From contig CAVUKA010000003.1 of NCBI GenBank assembly GCA_963741945.1, forward strand, positions 224,001-288,000: a DNA stretch of 64,000 bases, written 5' to 3'. The position numbers and the translations under genes are program-made. Position 1 is the stretch's first letter; each line of letters begins with the position of its first letter. Shown one piece after another: positions 39,755 through 50,078 of the stretch. Below the pieces are notes generated by a model. That model made no database searches. It worked only from the letters and a program-made list of their open reading frames with translations, and was not told where the DNA came from. Source of the DNA: an uncultured Gemmatimonadales bacterium. GTDB lineage: Bacteria; Gemmatimonadota; Gemmatimonadetes; Longimicrobiales; RSA9.

Positions 39755-40842
39755 CCGGGAGCGCGTCCGGGAAGGGAACGGTACTCGTTGCCATGTCGGG
39801 TGGGGTGGACAGCTCCGTGGCGGCGGCCTTGCTCGTGGACCAGGGATACCGCGTTATCGGCGCCACCATGAAGACGTTCTGCTACGCGGAGACGCCGTCG
39901 CACGGGAAGACGTGTTGCGGGCTCGATGGGATCATGGATGCGCGCCGCGTTGCCGACCGCCTGGGCATCCCGCACTACGTCTTCGACATGGAGGAGTCGT
40001 TCGGAGCCGCGGTCATGGACGACTTCGTCCGGGAGTACGAGGCGGGACGCACGCCGAACCCCTGCGTGCGCTGCAACTCCAATACGAAGATTCCCGATCT
40101 TCTGCAGCGGGGTCGCGCGCTTGGGGCGGACCGGATCGCCACCGGCCATTATGCCCGCCTCCGGCGCGGCGACGGCGAGCCCCCGGCGCTGCTGCGCGCG
40201 GCGGATGCGGCGAAGGACCAGTCGTACTTCCTCTGGGGGCTTCCAGCGGAAGTCCTGGACGTCATCCTGTTCCCGATCGGAGGCCTCACGAAGCCGGCCG
40301 TGCGCGAGCGGGCGAGGGAGCTGGGGCTATCGACGGCTGACAAGCCCGAGTCCCAGGAGATCTGCTTCGTCCCGACGGGTGACTACACGGACTTCCTCGC
40401 GGACCGCCTCGGGGCCGACCACCCGGGGCTCACGCCAGGGCGACTGGTCAGCGCGAGCGGTGAGGACATGGGCGAGCACGAAGGGTACGCGCGCTACACG
40501 GTGGGGCAGCGCCGGGGTCTCGGCGGCGGCTTCGAGCGCAGGCTCTATGTCCTGGGCACCCGGCCATCCGTGAACGAGGTGGTGGTCGGCACAGACAACG
40601 AGCTGCTCCGCGCCGATGTGGTGGTGGGGGATCTGAACTGGCTCGCGTCGCCGCCGGACGCCGGCGGGAGCGTTCGCGTCCGCCTGCGCCACCAGGGGCG
40701 TCTGGTCCCCGCCACCGTCGCGGGGCTGGATGGTGAAAGGCTGACGCTGCACCTCGGCACTCCCCAGCGCGCGGTCACACCGGGACAGTCGGCCGCGATC
40801 TACCGGGGGGAAGTCCTGCTCGGCGGCGGCCGCATCCGCTGA
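39751..40842 (+). CDS. mnmA: tRNA 2-thiouridine(34) synthase
   Basis: [37 protein letters not shown]. Confidence 0.97.
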   Translation: MTGSASGKGTVLVAMSGGVDSSVAAALLVDQGYRVIGATMKTFCYAETPSHGKTCCGLDGIMDARRVADRLGIPHYVFDMEESFGAAVMDDFVREYEAGRTPNPCVRCNSNTKIPDLLQRGRALGADRIATGHYARLRRGDGEPPALLRAADAAKDQSYFLWGLPAEVLDVILFPIGGLTKPAVRERARELGLSTADKPESQEICFVPTGDYTDFLADRLGADHPGLTPGRLVSASGEDMGEHEGYARYTVGQRRGLGGGFERRLYVLGTRPSVNEVVVGTDNELLRADVVVGDLNWLASPPDAGGSVRVRLRHQGRLVPATVAGLDGERLTLHLGTPQRAVTPGQSAAIYRGEVLLGGGRIR

Positions 40843-40899
40843 GGGGCGTTCGTCCCGAGGATGACGAAATCTCCCGTCCCCGGGTTCCGCCGCGACCGG

Positions 40900-41133
40900 T
40901 CAGGAAACGTCGTGCGCCGCGCGCAGGAGCGCACAGAGCGCCTCTTCCGAGGCCTGTTCCACTTCCTGCTCCACGTCGGCGGTGGCGCCATCGCGAGTGA
41001 TGGAACGCGGGCGCCGGTCCCGATCGGAGAGGCAAACGAAAACGATCTCGGTGCGGTCAGGGAACCCGTTCTCGCCGGAGGACGGATAGGCTTCCCACAC
41101 CAGCAGGTCGTCATCCTGGATGGTTCGAGTCAT
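40900..41133 (-). CDS. small hypothetical protein
   Basis: 77-aa ORF 4 bp after dnaJ with coding-like composition. Confidence 0.65.
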   Translation of the reverse strand: MTRTIQDDDLLVWEAYPSSGENGFPDRTEIVFVCLSDRDRRPRSITRDGATADVEQEVEQASEEALCALLRAAHDVS

Positions 41134-41137
41134 TGGC

Positions 41138-42268
41138 TCAGTAGCGTAGGTCGGCGGCTTCCGCGAACTCGCGCATCAGCCGCTGCTCGTTCTCGTCCAG
41201 CGCTTCCGGCACGGTGATCTTCACCTGCACGTACTGATCACCCCGCTTCTCTCCGCGCTCGATCCCCTGCCCCGGAATCCGGAACTTCGTGCCCGACTGG
41301 GTTCCGGAGGGGATGCGCAGCGAGACCTTCTTCCCGTCGACTGTGCGGACGCGGATCTTGGAGCCGAGGGCCGCCTGGGCGATGTTGACGGGAACAGTGC
41401 AGTGCACGTCCAGTCCCTTCCGGCGGAAGAAATGATGCGGCTGCACCTGAAAGGTGATCAGGAGATCGCCTGCGGCCCCACCCCCCCTGCCCCGCTCTCC
41501 CTGCCCCGAGAGCCGAAGCTTGGACCCCGTGTCGACGCCAGGCGGCACCTTCAGGCGGATCTGCCGCTCCTGGCGAACCTGGCCGCTTCCGCCGCACGCG
41601 TGGCACGGCTGTGCCGGGATCTGTCCCCGTCCGTAGCAGGCGGGGCACGGCCGATTGACGGCGAACCCGCCCTGCCCGAATGAAATCATGCCCGACCCGC
41701 CGCACTCCGGGCAGACGGTGGTACGCGTGCCCGGCTCCGCGCCGGAGCCGCCGCACACCGCGCACTCCTCCGTGACCGGAACAGTGATGGAAATGGCCCC
41801 TCCACGGGCGGCCGTCTCGAACGAGATCTCCACCGTGAACTCCACATCGGCGCCGCGCTCCGGACCGCTCCGCGGCTTGCGAGTCCGACCGAAGTCAAAG
41901 ATCGAGCTGAACAGGTCCCCGAGGCCCCCGATGTCGCCGAGGTCGTCCATGGTGAAGCGCGCGCCGCCGGGCCCGGCATGAGTCCCGAACCCGCCGGGTC
42001 CGCCCGAGCCGCCCTGCCCACTTCCGAAGCCGCCGAACGGGCCCATCTTCCGCATCTGGTCGTACTGCGCACGCTTCTCCGCGTTCGACAGGACGGCGTA
42101 CGCCTCCCCGATCTCCTTGAAACGCTCCGCAGCGCGAGGATCGTTCTGGTTGGCGTCCGGGTGGTACTGCTTGGCCAGCTTCCGGTACGCCTTCTTGATC
42201 TCGCCGGCGTCCGCTTTCTCGGAGACCCCAAGGATCTGGTAATAGTCCTTCGACGTCGCGGTCGGCAT
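41138..42268 (-). CDS. dnaJ: chaperone DnaJ
   Basis: J domain with HPD, G/F region, four CxxCxGxG repeats. Confidence 0.97.
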   Translation of the reverse strand: MPTATSKDYYQILGVSEKADAGEIKKAYRKLAKQYHPDANQNDPRAAERFKEIGEAYAVLSNAEKRAQYDQMRKMGPFGGFGSGQGGSGGPGGFGTHAGPGGARFTMDDLGDIGGLGDLFSSIFDFGRTRKPRSGPERGADVEFTVEISFETAARGGAISITVPVTEECAVCGGSGAEPGTRTTVCPECGGSGMISFGQGGFAVNRPCPACYGRGQIPAQPCHACGGSGQVRQERQIRLKVPPGVDTGSKLRLSGQGERGRGGGAAGDLLITFQVQPHHFFRRKGLDVHCTVPVNIAQAALGSKIRVRTVDGKKVSLRIPSGTQSGTKFRIPGQGIERGEKRGDQYVQVKITVPEALDENEQRLMREFAEAADLRY

Positions 42269-42275
42269 GCCCCCC

Positions 42276-42884
42276 TTACTCGCTCCCCTCTCCCCGACCC
42301 TCGTACTGGTAGACACGCACCCGCGCGGGCCGGATCAGGACGTCCCTGAAGCGGTATCCCGACTGCAGGACGTCGGCCACGTGCCCCTCCTGCTCGGGAT
42401 CATCCGTGGGCACCGTCATGAGCGCCTCCATGTCTTCCGGGTCGAACGGCTGCCCCTCGGCAACCACACGCTCGAGTCCGGCGGACTCGAGGACCGAGAT
42501 GAACTTCTTCTCGACCAGGCGGACACCCTCCGCGAGGGACTCCACCGTGGTGCCGGGCCCCGTTTCTTCGACTCTCTGCAGATCATCGATCCCGTCCAGC
42601 AGACCGGCGACCAGGTCGGCCTGCAAGCGAGCCGCCAGCAGCTGCCGCTCCCGCTCGTTCCGCTTCCGGTAGTTGTCGAACTCGGCCGCGAGCCGCAGGT
42701 GCCGCTCGTTCAGAGACTCCAGCGCCTCACTAAGCTCCTCCACTTCCTCCACCACGTCATCCCTTTCCACGTCTTCCGCTTCCTCCGCTCCCACGTTCGA
42801 CGCCTCATCCGAGGCGACACCGGGCGCGGCGTCCTCGTTTTCGGCGGCCAGTTCCTGCTCTCGTGTCGTTTCGTCCGTCATCAT
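42276..42884 (-). CDS. grpE: nucleotide exchange factor GrpE
   Basis: [22 protein letters not shown]. Confidence 0.96.
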   Translation of the reverse strand: MMTDETTREQELAAENEDAAPGVASDEASNVGAEEAEDVERDDVVEEVEELSEALESLNERHLRLAAEFDNYRKRNERERQLLAARLQADLVAGLLDGIDDLQRVEETGPGTTVESLAEGVRLVEKKFISVLESAGLERVVAEGQPFDPEDMEALMTVPTDDPEQEGHVADVLQSGYRFRDVLIRPARVRVYQYEGRGEGSE

Positions 42885-42927
42885 GTCGTAAGCTCAAATG
42901 GCAGGCGCACATCGCGCCGTGATCGGG

Positions 42928-42943
42928 TGCAATCGGGATGCCG
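42928..42943 (-). promoter_or_regulatory. sigma54 -24/-12 promoter upstream of grpE-dnaJ
   Basis: CGGCATCCCGATTGCA (GG-N10-GC with TTGCA). Confidence 0.6.
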
Positions 42944-42970
42944 CGGATCACTGCCGGAACGGCAGGCCCC

Positions 42971-43819
42971 TCATTCCAACCGATCCGTGATCCAGTCGCG
43001 GATCTCGCCGAGGACCCTGGCGCGGCCCCGCTCCTGGAGGACTTCGTGGTACATCCCAGGGAGGACTTCGACGCTCACGCGATCGGAAGGGAGGGAGCGG
43101 GCGAACGCCTGGTTTCGGGCTCCGTCCACCAGCCTGTCCTCTCCGGCGATCATGAAGTGGACCGGAACCGAGATCCGCTCGCCGCGTCGGAGTGCGAGCT
43201 CAATGGCTCTGGCGGCCTCGGTGAACAGCCGGGGCGTGATGGTCGAATGGATCTGGGCGTCGTCCCGGTAGTCTGCGGCGCGCTCATCGTCGTGCGTGAG
43301 GATGCCGGGGTCGACGCGGAACGGGAACGGAAAAGCGGGGAGCACGCGGGTAAGCACGTTCGCGAGCGCCGCCTGCCAGCGTGGTACGGGCATGGCGGTT
43401 CCCAGCCATGGCGAGGTGATGATGGCGCCGGCGAGCGGCGCATCGTACTCCTCCAGGTAGCGAATCCCGACCAGTCCACCCATGGAATGTCCGAGGAGGA
43501 AGAGGGGGAGGTCCAGGGGGAGCAGCCCCTGGACCTCGCGGCGGAAACGATCGAGATCCTGCAGGAGGACGTCGAAGTGGCGAACGTGCCCGCGTCGGCC
43601 CTCGGACGCCCCATGGCCGCGGAGGTCCATGGCGAATGTCGAGAAGCCACACCCGGCCATGTAGTCTCCCAGCTCCTCGTATCGGCGACTGTGCTCGAAC
43701 AGACCATGCACCACCATGATCCCGGCGCTGGGCCGCTCCGCTTCCCACGTGCGGTAATGGAGCCGCAATCGCCCGACGCCCTCGAAATAGCCGTGATTCA
43801 TCTGGACGGTGGTAGTCAT
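42971..43819 (-). CDS. alpha/beta hydrolase (lysophospholipase family)
   Basis: HGLFEH, DLRGHG, GHSMGG, YHEVLQE. Confidence 0.92.
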   Translation of the reverse strand: MTTTVQMNHGYFEGVGRLRLHYRTWEAERPSAGIMVVHGLFEHSRRYEELGDYMAGCGFSTFAMDLRGHGASEGRRGHVRHFDVLLQDLDRFRREVQGLLPLDLPLFLLGHSMGGLVGIRYLEEYDAPLAGAIITSPWLGTAMPVPRWQAALANVLTRVLPAFPFPFRVDPGILTHDDERAADYRDDAQIHSTITPRLFTEAARAIELALRRGERISVPVHFMIAGEDRLVDGARNQAFARSLPSDRVSVEVLPGMYHEVLQERGRARVLGEIRDWITDRLE

Positions 43820-44295
43820 TCCGCCTCCTCCAGGAGGCGCTCCAGGAGGTCGAGGGCTTCGGATGCCGCCTCGATCCTCACGCGGGCGCGGTCCCCTTCG
43901 AAGTGGTAGCAGCGTGCAATCTGACGCTTCCCGAGAGCGGCAGCGATCCAGACCGTCCCCACGGGCTTCTCCGCCGTCCCCCCGCCCGGGCCGGCAATTC
44001 CCGTCACCGCCACGGCGGCATCGGCGCGGGCAGTCCGCAGCGCCCCCGCTGCCATCTCCCTGGCCACGGCTTCCGACACGGCGCCGTGAGTCACCAGCGT
44101 GGCCGCCTTCACTCCCAGCAGTCGCTCCTTGGCCTCGTTGGCGTACGCGACGATTCCGGCGACGAGGAACTCGGAAGCACCGGGGCGCTCCGTGAGCGCG
44201 GCGGCGATCATACCGCCCGTGCAGCTCTCGGCGAGTGCCAGGCGAAGGCCGCGCTCCGTGAGCGTCCGAGCGACAGAGGCCACGCGATCGATCAC
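43816..44295 (-). CDS. CinA C-terminal domain protein (PncC-like NMN deamidase)
   Basis: AESCTGG, GAVSE, TGIAGPGGG..KPVGTV. Confidence 0.92.
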   Translation of the reverse strand: MIDRVASVARTLTERGLRLALAESCTGGMIAAALTERPGASEFLVAGIVAYANEAKERLLGVKAATLVTHGAVSEAVAREMAAGALRTARADAAVAVTGIAGPGGGTAEKPVGTVWIAAALGKRQIARCYHFEGDRARVRIEAASEALDLLERLLEEAE

Positions 44296-44942
44296 GTCTC
44301 CGTGAACCCCGACCGCGTCCAGCTCCACAGGTAAACGCCCATGGAGAAGACCGTCAACACCAGGGCAATGAGCAGCGAGAGCGCCAGCACCGGCCCGTGC
44401 AGCACCGACCGCCAGAGCTCCCAGAACCGGCCGCTCCAGCCGTGCGCGGCCGCGGCGGCCGTCAGGGCGTACCACAGCACTGCGGAGCCGCTGAAGATAT
44501 TCTGGAACACCGCTTTGTACTTCCCGGCCTTTCCAGCCGGAATCACGTGTCCGCGCTGCGCGGCCACCTGGCGCACGATCGTTATGAGCAGCTCGCGCCC
44601 GAAGATCACGATCAGCACCCACGTCGGCAGCGCACCCCAGTAGGGCAGGTCACCAGCTGGCCCGGGGCGATGCGAAAGGATGTAGAAGGGAATGAACGTG
44701 GCGACGAGGAGGAGCTTGTCCGCCAGCGGGTCCATGAGCTTCCCGAAATCCGAGATCCAGCCGTACTTCCGGGCGAGATGACCATCCCAGAGGTCTGAAA
44801 GAGCGGCCGCAAGGAAGAGCAGAAAGGCGATGAACCGCGGCCAGAACCCGTCGACCAGAACCAGAAAGAAGACGGCGGGCGCAGCAACGATTCGCGCGAC
44901 CGTGATGATGTTCGGGATGGCCCGGGCCGGTACAATGGGCAT
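44292..44942 (-). CDS. pgsA: CDP-alcohol phosphatidyltransferase
   Basis: PNIITVAR, DLWDGHLAR..FGKLMDPLADK. Confidence 0.9.
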   Translation of the reverse strand: MPIVPARAIPNIITVARIVAAPAVFFLVLVDGFWPRFIAFLLFLAAALSDLWDGHLARKYGWISDFGKLMDPLADKLLLVATFIPFYILSHRPGPAGDLPYWGALPTWVLIVIFGRELLITIVRQVAAQRGHVIPAGKAGKYKAVFQNIFSGSAVLWYALTAAAAAHGWSGRFWELWRSVLHGPVLALSLLIALVLTVFSMGVYLWSWTRSGFTET

Positions 44943-44949
44943 GGCAGCT

Positions 44950-45528
44950 TCAGCTCAGATTCCGGATGACCTGTTTGCTGACGGCCCTGAGGGTGTCGAA
45001 AACGCCGAGGCCAGTAGCGGCCACGGCCTCGAACTCCTCGAGACCGCCCGGGTTCAGCTGCGCTCGAAGCTCTTCCACCGGAACGCAGTTCGGGACGTCA
45101 CGCTTGTTGTACTGGAGCACGAGCGGGATACGATTCGGATCCTGGCCGTACTCGGTCAGGTGCTCGAACAGGTTCTGCATGGAAGCGATATTCGCGTCCA
45201 TGCGCTCGGGTCGTGAATCCGCCACGAACACAACGCCATCGACGCTCCTGAGGATGAGTCGTCGGCTCGCATTGTAGTAGATCTGTCCGGGCACGGTGTA
45301 AAGATGGAAGCGGGTCTTGAAGCCGCGGATCTCGCCGAGGGCCACGGGGAGGAAATCGAAGAAGAGCGTGCGCTCGCTCTCTGCAGCCAGAGAGATGAGC
45401 TTGCCCCGCGTCTCGGGACTCACCTTCTCGTAGATGTACTCCAGGTTCGTGGTCTTGCCGCACAGGCCAGCGCCGTAGTAGACGATCTTGCAGTTGATCT
45501 CCCGGCTGGCGTAGTTGATCATCGACAT
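44950..45528 (-). CDS. mglA: MglA small GTPase
   Basis: [39 protein letters not shown]. Confidence 0.95.
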   Translation of the reverse strand: MSMINYASREINCKIVYYGAGLCGKTTNLEYIYEKVSPETRGKLISLAAESERTLFFDFLPVALGEIRGFKTRFHLYTVPGQIYYNASRRLILRSVDGVVFVADSRPERMDANIASMQNLFEHLTEYGQDPNRIPLVLQYNKRDVPNCVPVEELRAQLNPGGLEEFEAVAATGLGVFDTLRAVSKQVIRNLS

Positions 45529-45543
45529 GGGCCACCCCTCCCC

Positions 45544-46032
45544 TCACCCCGCGAACACGCGATCAATGGCACCCACGGCTTCGCGGGCGAAGCCTGTGTG
45601 CAGCGCCCCTCGCGCGGCCGTCCGCCCGTCCGCCTCGCGCAGTATGGCTTCCAGCCGCTCCACGAGCGCCGTGCTCCTCAAACGCAGCGTGGCGAGGCTG
45701 GTACCGGAGTCCACGAGCGCGGCGAAGATGCCCGCCGCTCCGATGCTGCACAGGAACATCGATCCGTGGGCGCCGTGGTGAAACAGCTGTTTCAGGTCCC
45801 GGTCGCCCAGGAGTCCGGCCAACTGGCGGCTGGCGTCGAAATCGGCGGTGGCGAGAACGGCGAAGCTGCTTCCGTCGAGGTCCTCCACGTCACCTGCGGC
45901 GGCGAGGCAGTGTCCGCCGCGGTCCATGAGGAGGGCGCCGCGGGCACCCACCTCCGTCACGAAGGCGAGGAGAATGCGCTGCAGGCGCTGGAGGTCGTCC
46001 GGGTTGAGTGCGTCGGTGCGGCCAGGCGTCAT
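45544..46032 (-). CDS. mglB: MglB roadblock/LC7 domain protein
   Basis: ALLMDRGG, ADFDASRQLAGLLG, LFHHG; adjacent to mglA. Confidence 0.85.
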   Translation of the reverse strand: MTPGRTDALNPDDLQRLQRILLAFVTEVGARGALLMDRGGHCLAAAGDVEDLDGSSFAVLATADFDASRQLAGLLGDRDLKQLFHHGAHGSMFLCSIGAAGIFAALVDSGTSLATLRLRSTALVERLEAILREADGRTAARGALHTGFAREAVGAIDRVFAG

Positions 46033-46349
46033 CCCACGGCCTCGCCGGACGGAGCTCCCTGGGTCCGGAGGCTCCTCTCCAGCTTGTCCAGCACCTGGAT
46101 GGCCCGGCGCCGGATGAGGGGCTGCTGCTCCCACGTGATGTAGTCGCGCAGCAGGCGGAGCGAGTCCACCGTGGGCGAGCGGCCGGCAATGAAGCCGAGC
46201 GCCGCGAGTCGTCGCAAGGGGCGGCTGCTGAAGAGGTCCCGGCGGTGCCGCGACATCTGGTCACGGAGGAAGAGCATGCCCATCACCGAGGCCGCCGCGG
46301 TGGCGATGAGGGCAATTCCCGTGATCCGGAGGACCTGCTTCATTCTCAT
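46029..46349 (-). CDS. membrane-anchored small helical hypothetical protein
   Basis: N-terminal TM helix; ATGA coupling to mglB. Confidence 0.75.
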   Translation of the reverse strand: MRMKQVLRITGIALIATAAASVMGMLFLRDQMSRHRRDLFSSRPLRRLAALGFIAGRSPTVDSLRLLRDYITWEQQPLIRRRAIQVLDKLERSLRTQGAPSGEAVG

Positions 46350-46352
46350 CCG

Positions 46353-46954
46353 TCAAAGCTCCCGTCGTCCAGCCAGCGCTTCGGCGATCGTCACCCCATC
46401 GGCGTATTCGAGGTCCCCGCCCACGGGGAGGCCACGGGCCAGGCGCGTCACCCGCACGCCACCGGGCCGCACCAGCTTCTGCAGGTAAAGCGCCGTGGCC
46501 TCGCCTTCGACGCTGGGGTTGGTGGCTATGATCAACTCCTCCACGGCCGCGCCATCCTCCCCCCCCCGTTCAGGCGACGCAGGAGCCGATCGATATTGAG
46601 CTCTTCCGGGCCAATGCCGTCGAGGGGGGAAAGTCGACCGCCCAGAACGTGGTAGAGCCCGTGGTACTCCCCCGTCCGGTCGATCGCCCCGATGTCGGCG
46701 GCTTCCTCCACCACGCAGATCACGGTCGGGTCCCGGCGGGCATCACTGCACAGCTCGCACGGGTCCGACTCCGTCAGATTACCGCATCGAGAGCATTCGC
46801 GCACGCGCTCCGCCACGGCCTCGATGGCGCGAGCGAGCCGGCGGCTCTCCTCGGGGGTGCGCTTCAGGAGAAAGTACGTGAGGCGCAGGGCCGTCTTGCG
46901 ACCGATCCCGGGAAGCCGCGATAGCTCGGTCGTGAGCTCGTCGATGACACCCAT
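46353..46954 (-). pseudogene. recR: recR frameshifted at a G9 homopolymer (probable sequencing error)
   Basis: N-terminal half (LPGIGRKTA, C4 zinc finger, YHVLGG) and C-terminal half ([22 protein letters not shown]) are in different frames, joined at the C-run 46559-46567. Confidence 0.93.
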
Positions 46955-46959
46955 TCGCC

Positions 46960-47283
46960 TCAGGGGAGGTCCGGCAGCTGGAACGGGAGCGGGAGTCCAC
47001 CCGTGAGCTTCTTGAGCTCTTCTTCGTAGAGCCCGCGGGCACGCTGCTGCGCGTCGGACACGGCGGCGAGGACCAGGTCCTCGAGCATCTCGACGTCGCT
47101 GGCGTCTACCACGGAGGGGTCGATCTTGATCTCGCGGACGCGCCCCTTGCCGTCCGCCGTGACCGTGACCATGCCCCCGCCGCTACTCCCGGAAATGGTC
47201 TGCTTGCCGAGCTCCGACTGGAGCTCGGAGAAACGGGCCTGCATCTGCTGGCCCATTTGCAGGATCTGCTGAAAATTCGTCAT
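46960..47283 (-). CDS. ybaB: YbaB/EbfC nucleoid-associated protein
   Basis: GGGMVTVTADG, EMLEDLVLAA; lies between dnaX and recR. Confidence 0.95.
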   Translation of the reverse strand: MTNFQQILQMGQQMQARFSELQSELGKQTISGSSGGGMVTVTADGKGRVREIKIDPSVVDASDVEMLEDLVLAAVSDAQQRARGLYEEELKKLTGGLPLPFQLPDLP

Positions 47284-47309
47284 GTAATTCCGCCCGAAGA
47301 TTGGGGCCG

Positions 47310-49120
47310 TCAGTCCAGCATTTCAAGATCCCATTCTTTTACCGCCCGGTCCAGTGCCGGTTCCTCGCTGGCGAGCTTTCGGACCTGCTCCTCACGCAGC
47401 CGCTCGGGCGTGAGACGGGCCGATCCGCCGGGCGTGCCGGCGGCGCGGACCACGAGTCGGATCGTGCGCCCGACCCGCTCTCCGATGGCGTCGCCCAGGC
47501 TCGACCTGGCGCGGGCATCCCCCTCGAGCATCTCGAGCCCGGGACCCTGCGGGATCTCGACGACGACCCGGTCGTCCTCGTCCTCGACCACGGCCGCAGT
47601 GCGGAGGAAGAGACCGAGTCCGGGCGGCAGGCCGGCGCTTCCGCCCGCGGCGATGGCGCGGAGGGCTTCGGCGGCCGAAGGGCTCCCGGCCGGGGCGGGC
47701 GGAGCGACCGCTCCCGCGCCGGCCGTTGGGAGCGTGGGCCTCCGTGGGACCTCCGGCTCCAGCCGCACCTCCTGATCGGCGGGCGACCGGGGCGCGGCTG
47801 CGTGTGCGGTGCCCCCGGAAGACGGGTTGTCCGGACTGTCGGCACGGTCGCTGCCCGGACTGTCCGCCAGCCCGGTCGTCGGGCGGCAGCGGGGCTCGTC
47901 CGGGCGCGCGACGAGGCCGCCGCTCCTGCGGATCGCTCGATCGGGGCGGGATCGGGAGGCTGTGGCGGGGGTGCCCCGCCGGCCGCCCGGATCAACGCCT
48001 CGATCTCGACAGTGCGCGGCAGATGCGCGAAGCGCAGGAGAAGCGCTTCGAGCAGGAGACGGGGATTGTTGCTCTTGCGGAACCTTCCGTCGGCGTCCAG
48101 CTCGGCAGTCTGGGCGAGCATCCGGAGAAGGTCGCCGGTGGAGAACGGTTGAGCGCGCTCGGCCCAGAGGGGGCGCAGGTCAGGCCGGACCTCTGCGGCG
48201 TCGGGGCCGTCGAACCGGATGACGAGGAGGGTCCGCAGGGCGTCGGCGAGCCCGCGATAGAACTCGCTGAGGTCGTAACCACCCTCCACGACGTCCTGGA
48301 CGAAGCGGAACACGTCGGCAACGCGGCCCTCGGCAATGATGCCGAACAGGTCCAGGTAGACCTCGTCGGTCACGAGCCCGAGGATGCGCTGGATGTCGGC
48401 CGCGTGGAGCTCCCCCTCCACGAACGACAGCGCCTGGTCCAGCAGCGAAAGGGCGTCGCGCATTCCGCCTTCCGCCCGCCGTGCGAGGAGGAGGAGGGCC
48501 TGCTGATCGGTCTCTACGCCCTCGGCCGCGAGCACCTGGGCCAACCGCTCCACAATGGCCGGAACAGCGAGCCGACGGAAGTCGAAGCGCTGAGTGCGCG
48601 ACAGTATCGGTGGCGCGCTCTGCTGGATCTTCTGCGGCTCGGTGGTGGCGAAGATGAAGATGACGCGTGGCGGCGGCTCCTCCAGGATCTTGAGGAGGGC
48701 GTTCCAGGCCTCGCGCGTGAGCATGTGCGCTTCGTCGATGATGTAGACCTTGTAGCGCCCCGCTTCCGTGGGGGCGTACATGGCGCGCTCGCGAAGGTCG
48801 CGGGCGTCATCGACACCGCGGTTGGAAGCTGCATCGATCTCCACCACGTCCAGGGAGGTCCGCCCTGCCCAGATCCGTTCGCAGGACTCGCACGTGCCGC
48901 ACGGCTCTCCGTCGTCCCCGCGGTTCGGGCAGTTGAGCGCCATGGCGAGGACGCGGGCGGCAGTGGTCTTCCCTACACCCCGTGGTCCGCTGAACAGGTA
49001 GGCATGGGCCACCCGTCCACGGGCGACGGCGGAGCGGAGCGTCTCGGAGACATGCTCCTGTGTGAGCATCTCGGCGAACCGCCGGGGGCGGTAGGTGCGG
49101 GCGAGAGCATTGCGCGTCAT
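47310..49120 (-). CDS. dnaX: DNA polymerase III gamma/tau, with a frameshift in the linker near 47870-47990
   Basis: LARTYRP, GPRGVGKTT, IDEAHML, LKILEEPP; the C-terminal domain ending ALDRAVKEWDLEMLD is in the -1 frame. Confidence 0.93.
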
Positions 49121-49212
49121 CGGGATTCGGCCAGTGCCGGGGCAGGTTGCGATCCGTACGAGGCGCGCGCCTTGCACGTGGCTTCACACGGCGAGCGCGA
49201 CCAAAGAAAAAT

Positions 49213-49308
49213 GCCCCAGGCTGACCGCAGCGGCGTCCGCGTCACTTACCGCTGCTACCTTCACGGTCCTGACGGGATTCGCGAGCTCGCGCCCTGCGGG
49301 CCTGGGGC
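49213..49308 (-). ncRNA. ffs: signal recognition particle RNA (4.5S)
   Basis: Terminal GCCCCAGG/CCTGGGGC helix, GTCAGGACCGTGAAGGTAGCAGC domain IV motif, T-tract downstream, usual position upstream of dnaX. Confidence 0.93.
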
Positions 49309-49314
49309 GCAAGG

Positions 49315-49343
49315 AACGTAACGGCACCGGCGGCGGGGTTCAA
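49315..49343 (-). promoter_or_regulatory. sigma70 promoter of ffs
   Basis: TTGAAC-N17-TACGTT, 6 nt before the RNA start. Confidence 0.7.
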
Positions 49344-49385
49344 CCCCGGAGGACCGCCGGCGCGGTGGCAGAGAGGAAGAGCAGA

Positions 49386-49835
49386 ATGGGCGAAGAGGGC
49401 TGGCGGACCAATCTGGTCGAGACCGAGGCGGAAGTGCGCGAGATTTTGGAGACCGTCAGGCGGGTGGCCGTGCTGGGGATGAAGCCCGAATCCAGGGCGG
49501 GACAGGCCGCACATTACGTCCCGGCGTACCTGAAGCAGGCGGGGTACGAAGTGATCCCCGTGCCGGTATATTATCCGGACGTGGAAGAGATCCTGGGCGA
49601 GCCGGTGTACCGTGAGGTCTCGGCGATTCCGGGCCCGGTGGACATGGTGGATGTCTTCCGGCGCCCGCAGGACATCCCGCAGCACGTGGAGGACCTGATC
49701 GCGAAGAAGCCGGAAGTGGTCTGGTTTCAGCTGGGGATCCGAAACGACGAGGCCGCCGAGCGGTTGGCCCGCGCGGGGATCCGGGTCGTCCAGGACCGGT
49801 GCACCATGGCCGACCATCGTCGGCTGGGCCTCTAG
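49386..49835 (+). CDS. CoA-binding protein (YccU-like)
   Basis: VAVLG, VDMVDVFR, WFQLGIRN, VVQDRC. Confidence 0.92.
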   Translation: MGEEGWRTNLVETEAEVREILETVRRVAVLGMKPESRAGQAAHYVPAYLKQAGYEVIPVPVYYPDVEEILGEPVYREVSAIPGPVDMVDVFRRPQDIPQHVEDLIAKKPEVVWFQLGIRNDEAAERLARAGIRVVQDRCTMADHRRLGL

Positions 49836-49852
49836 ACCGCACGGAGATCGAA

Positions 49853-50068
49853 ATGCCGCTGGACTTCGGCAGCGCGACGAACCTGTTCATGGGCACGGAG
49901 GAGGAACTGGCGCGAGCGCTCGGGATCGAGCGGGGTGACCTCAGGCGCTATCGGCAACAGCCCCATTCGGTGCCGGGCGATCTGCTTGACCGGCTCGGCG
50001 ACGTTCTGATCGAGCGGGGCTGGGGGATGCGCCGCGTGGGTGAGCTCCTGAAGGAAGCGGAGGAATGA
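49853..50068 (+). CDS. small hypothetical protein, possibly HTH
   Basis: SD GGAG; TEEELARALGI resembles an Xre-type HTH. Confidence 0.7.
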   Translation: MPLDFGSATNLFMGTEEELARALGIERGDLRRYRQQPHSVPGDLLDRLGDVLIERGWGMRRVGELLKEAEE

Positions 50069-50078
50069 CGTCAGCGGC

